A program made the position numbers and the translations under genes. A stretch of DNA of 48,352 bases, taken from positions 1 through 48,352 of the forward strand of contig NW_005434419.1 of assembly GCF_000315625.1 (NCBI RefSeq), written 5' to 3'. Below the pieces are notes generated by a model. The model was not told the origin of the DNA and did not search any database. It saw only the letters and a program-made list of their open reading frames with translations. Position 1 is the first letter of the stretch, and every line of letters begins with the position of its first letter. Below are positions 47,509 through 48,352 of this stretch, piece after piece. This DNA is from Guillardia theta CCMP2712. Lineage: Eukaryota > Protista > Cryptophyta.

Positions 47509-48352
47509 TCAGACTAGCTTAGACTGGATCTGACTGTGAATGTGACAAAGGAAATCCACGTAACTGACAACAGTCGGGGCTCGGTCCTGCGAGGAGTTAG
47601 ACGAGGAGCAGGAGCGGGAGCGGAAGTGAGAGCGGGAGAAGAAGCAGGAGGGGAAGCAGGACAGGAGTGGGAGGTGGAGTAGGAAGAGCAAGGGCAAGGA
47701 GGGAAGAGGTTGAGGCGTGAAAGGGAGAGGGGATCAGAAGGGAGGAGATCAGAAGGGAGGGGATCACCTCTACTAGGTATGAGAAGAACTGAGCCTCTAA
47801 GATGTCTTTCTGCTGCATGACCTGCGACAGCGGCGTCAAGGAGGAGAAATGAGAGAGAGAGGAGGAAGAAGAGATGAGGATGCGAACGAAGAGAGAGAGA
47901 GGGGGGTTTGGGGAGGGGGGAGAGGGAGGAGAAAAACGGAAGATTGAGATAGGAGGGAAGCGAGTTGAAAGGAGACAGGACGGGAGAAGGTGGAGTAGGA
48001 AGGGTCACCTCAACGATGGGGAAGGAAGCTTTACGAGATCTGATTTGATCGACGATTGCGACAACTCTCCTGTAGGAGGGAGTGAGAATCAGCAAGGAGG
48101 GGCAGCTATGACGATGAAAATGATATGATCAAGATGCGAATGATTTGAATAGGAATGGGGAGGGGGGGCAGGCAGAGGAGGTGGAGGAGGAGGAGGTGTG
48201 CATGTGTTTGTTGTGTGTGAAAACCTTGAGAGGTCGTTGTCGTGCTCAACCAGCTGCAAATCAAGTGAGAATGCAGAAATGAAGAAGTGATGAAAAGATA
48301 AGAGAGGGAGACTTCCATAACAAATGTGGAAAAGCAGGAGGAGAAGCAGGAG
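47509..48352 (-). CDS. SEC24: 3' end of a COPII cargo adaptor SEC24 gene (continues beyond the window)
   Basis: Terminal exons RVVAIVDQIRSRKASFPIVE|VMQQKDILEAQFFSYLVE|DRAPTVVSYVDFLCHIHSQIQSKLV* match the Sec24 C-terminal LVED(R/K)...SY.DFL...H..I pattern. Confidence 0.78.

Overview
Eukaryotic nuclear DNA with GC-rich exons, many short or microsatellite-filled spliceosomal introns and several N gaps. Bipartite ASAFAP-type plastid-targeting leaders point to an alga with a red-algal-derived secondary plastid; it resembles a cryptophyte such as Guillardia theta (inference, not verified). Most of the supplied ORFs are shadow or microsatellite ORFs, so genes were rebuilt by manual splicing. In order: TTLL polyglutamylase (-), CHIP/STUB1 (+), DUF1499 protein (-), GDP-glucose phosphorylase/VTC2-like HIT protein with a targeting leader (+), an inverted pair of identical tRNA-Gln(CTG) genes, tafazzin-like acyltransferase with an ASAFAP leader (-), UBE3C-like HECT ligase (+), an orphan/repeat island, a large membrane protein (+), RAD1 (+), an Eps15/Ede1-like EH protein (-), a SAMHD1-like HD hydrolase (-), a CaaX-terminated probable pseudokinase (+), and the 3' end of SEC24 (-). 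The standout is 23267-28236. A 52-nt intron joins two overlapping ORFs into one ~1,400-aa protein made of two tandem modules, each [TM1 - discoidin-like loop - 5 TM - RelA/SpoT-like nucleotidyltransferase domain]. This is a 6TM-catalytic-6TM-catalytic layout like mammalian membrane adenylyl cyclases, but with alarmone-synthetase-type domains. It is a candidate receptor-type nucleotide-messenger enzyme.
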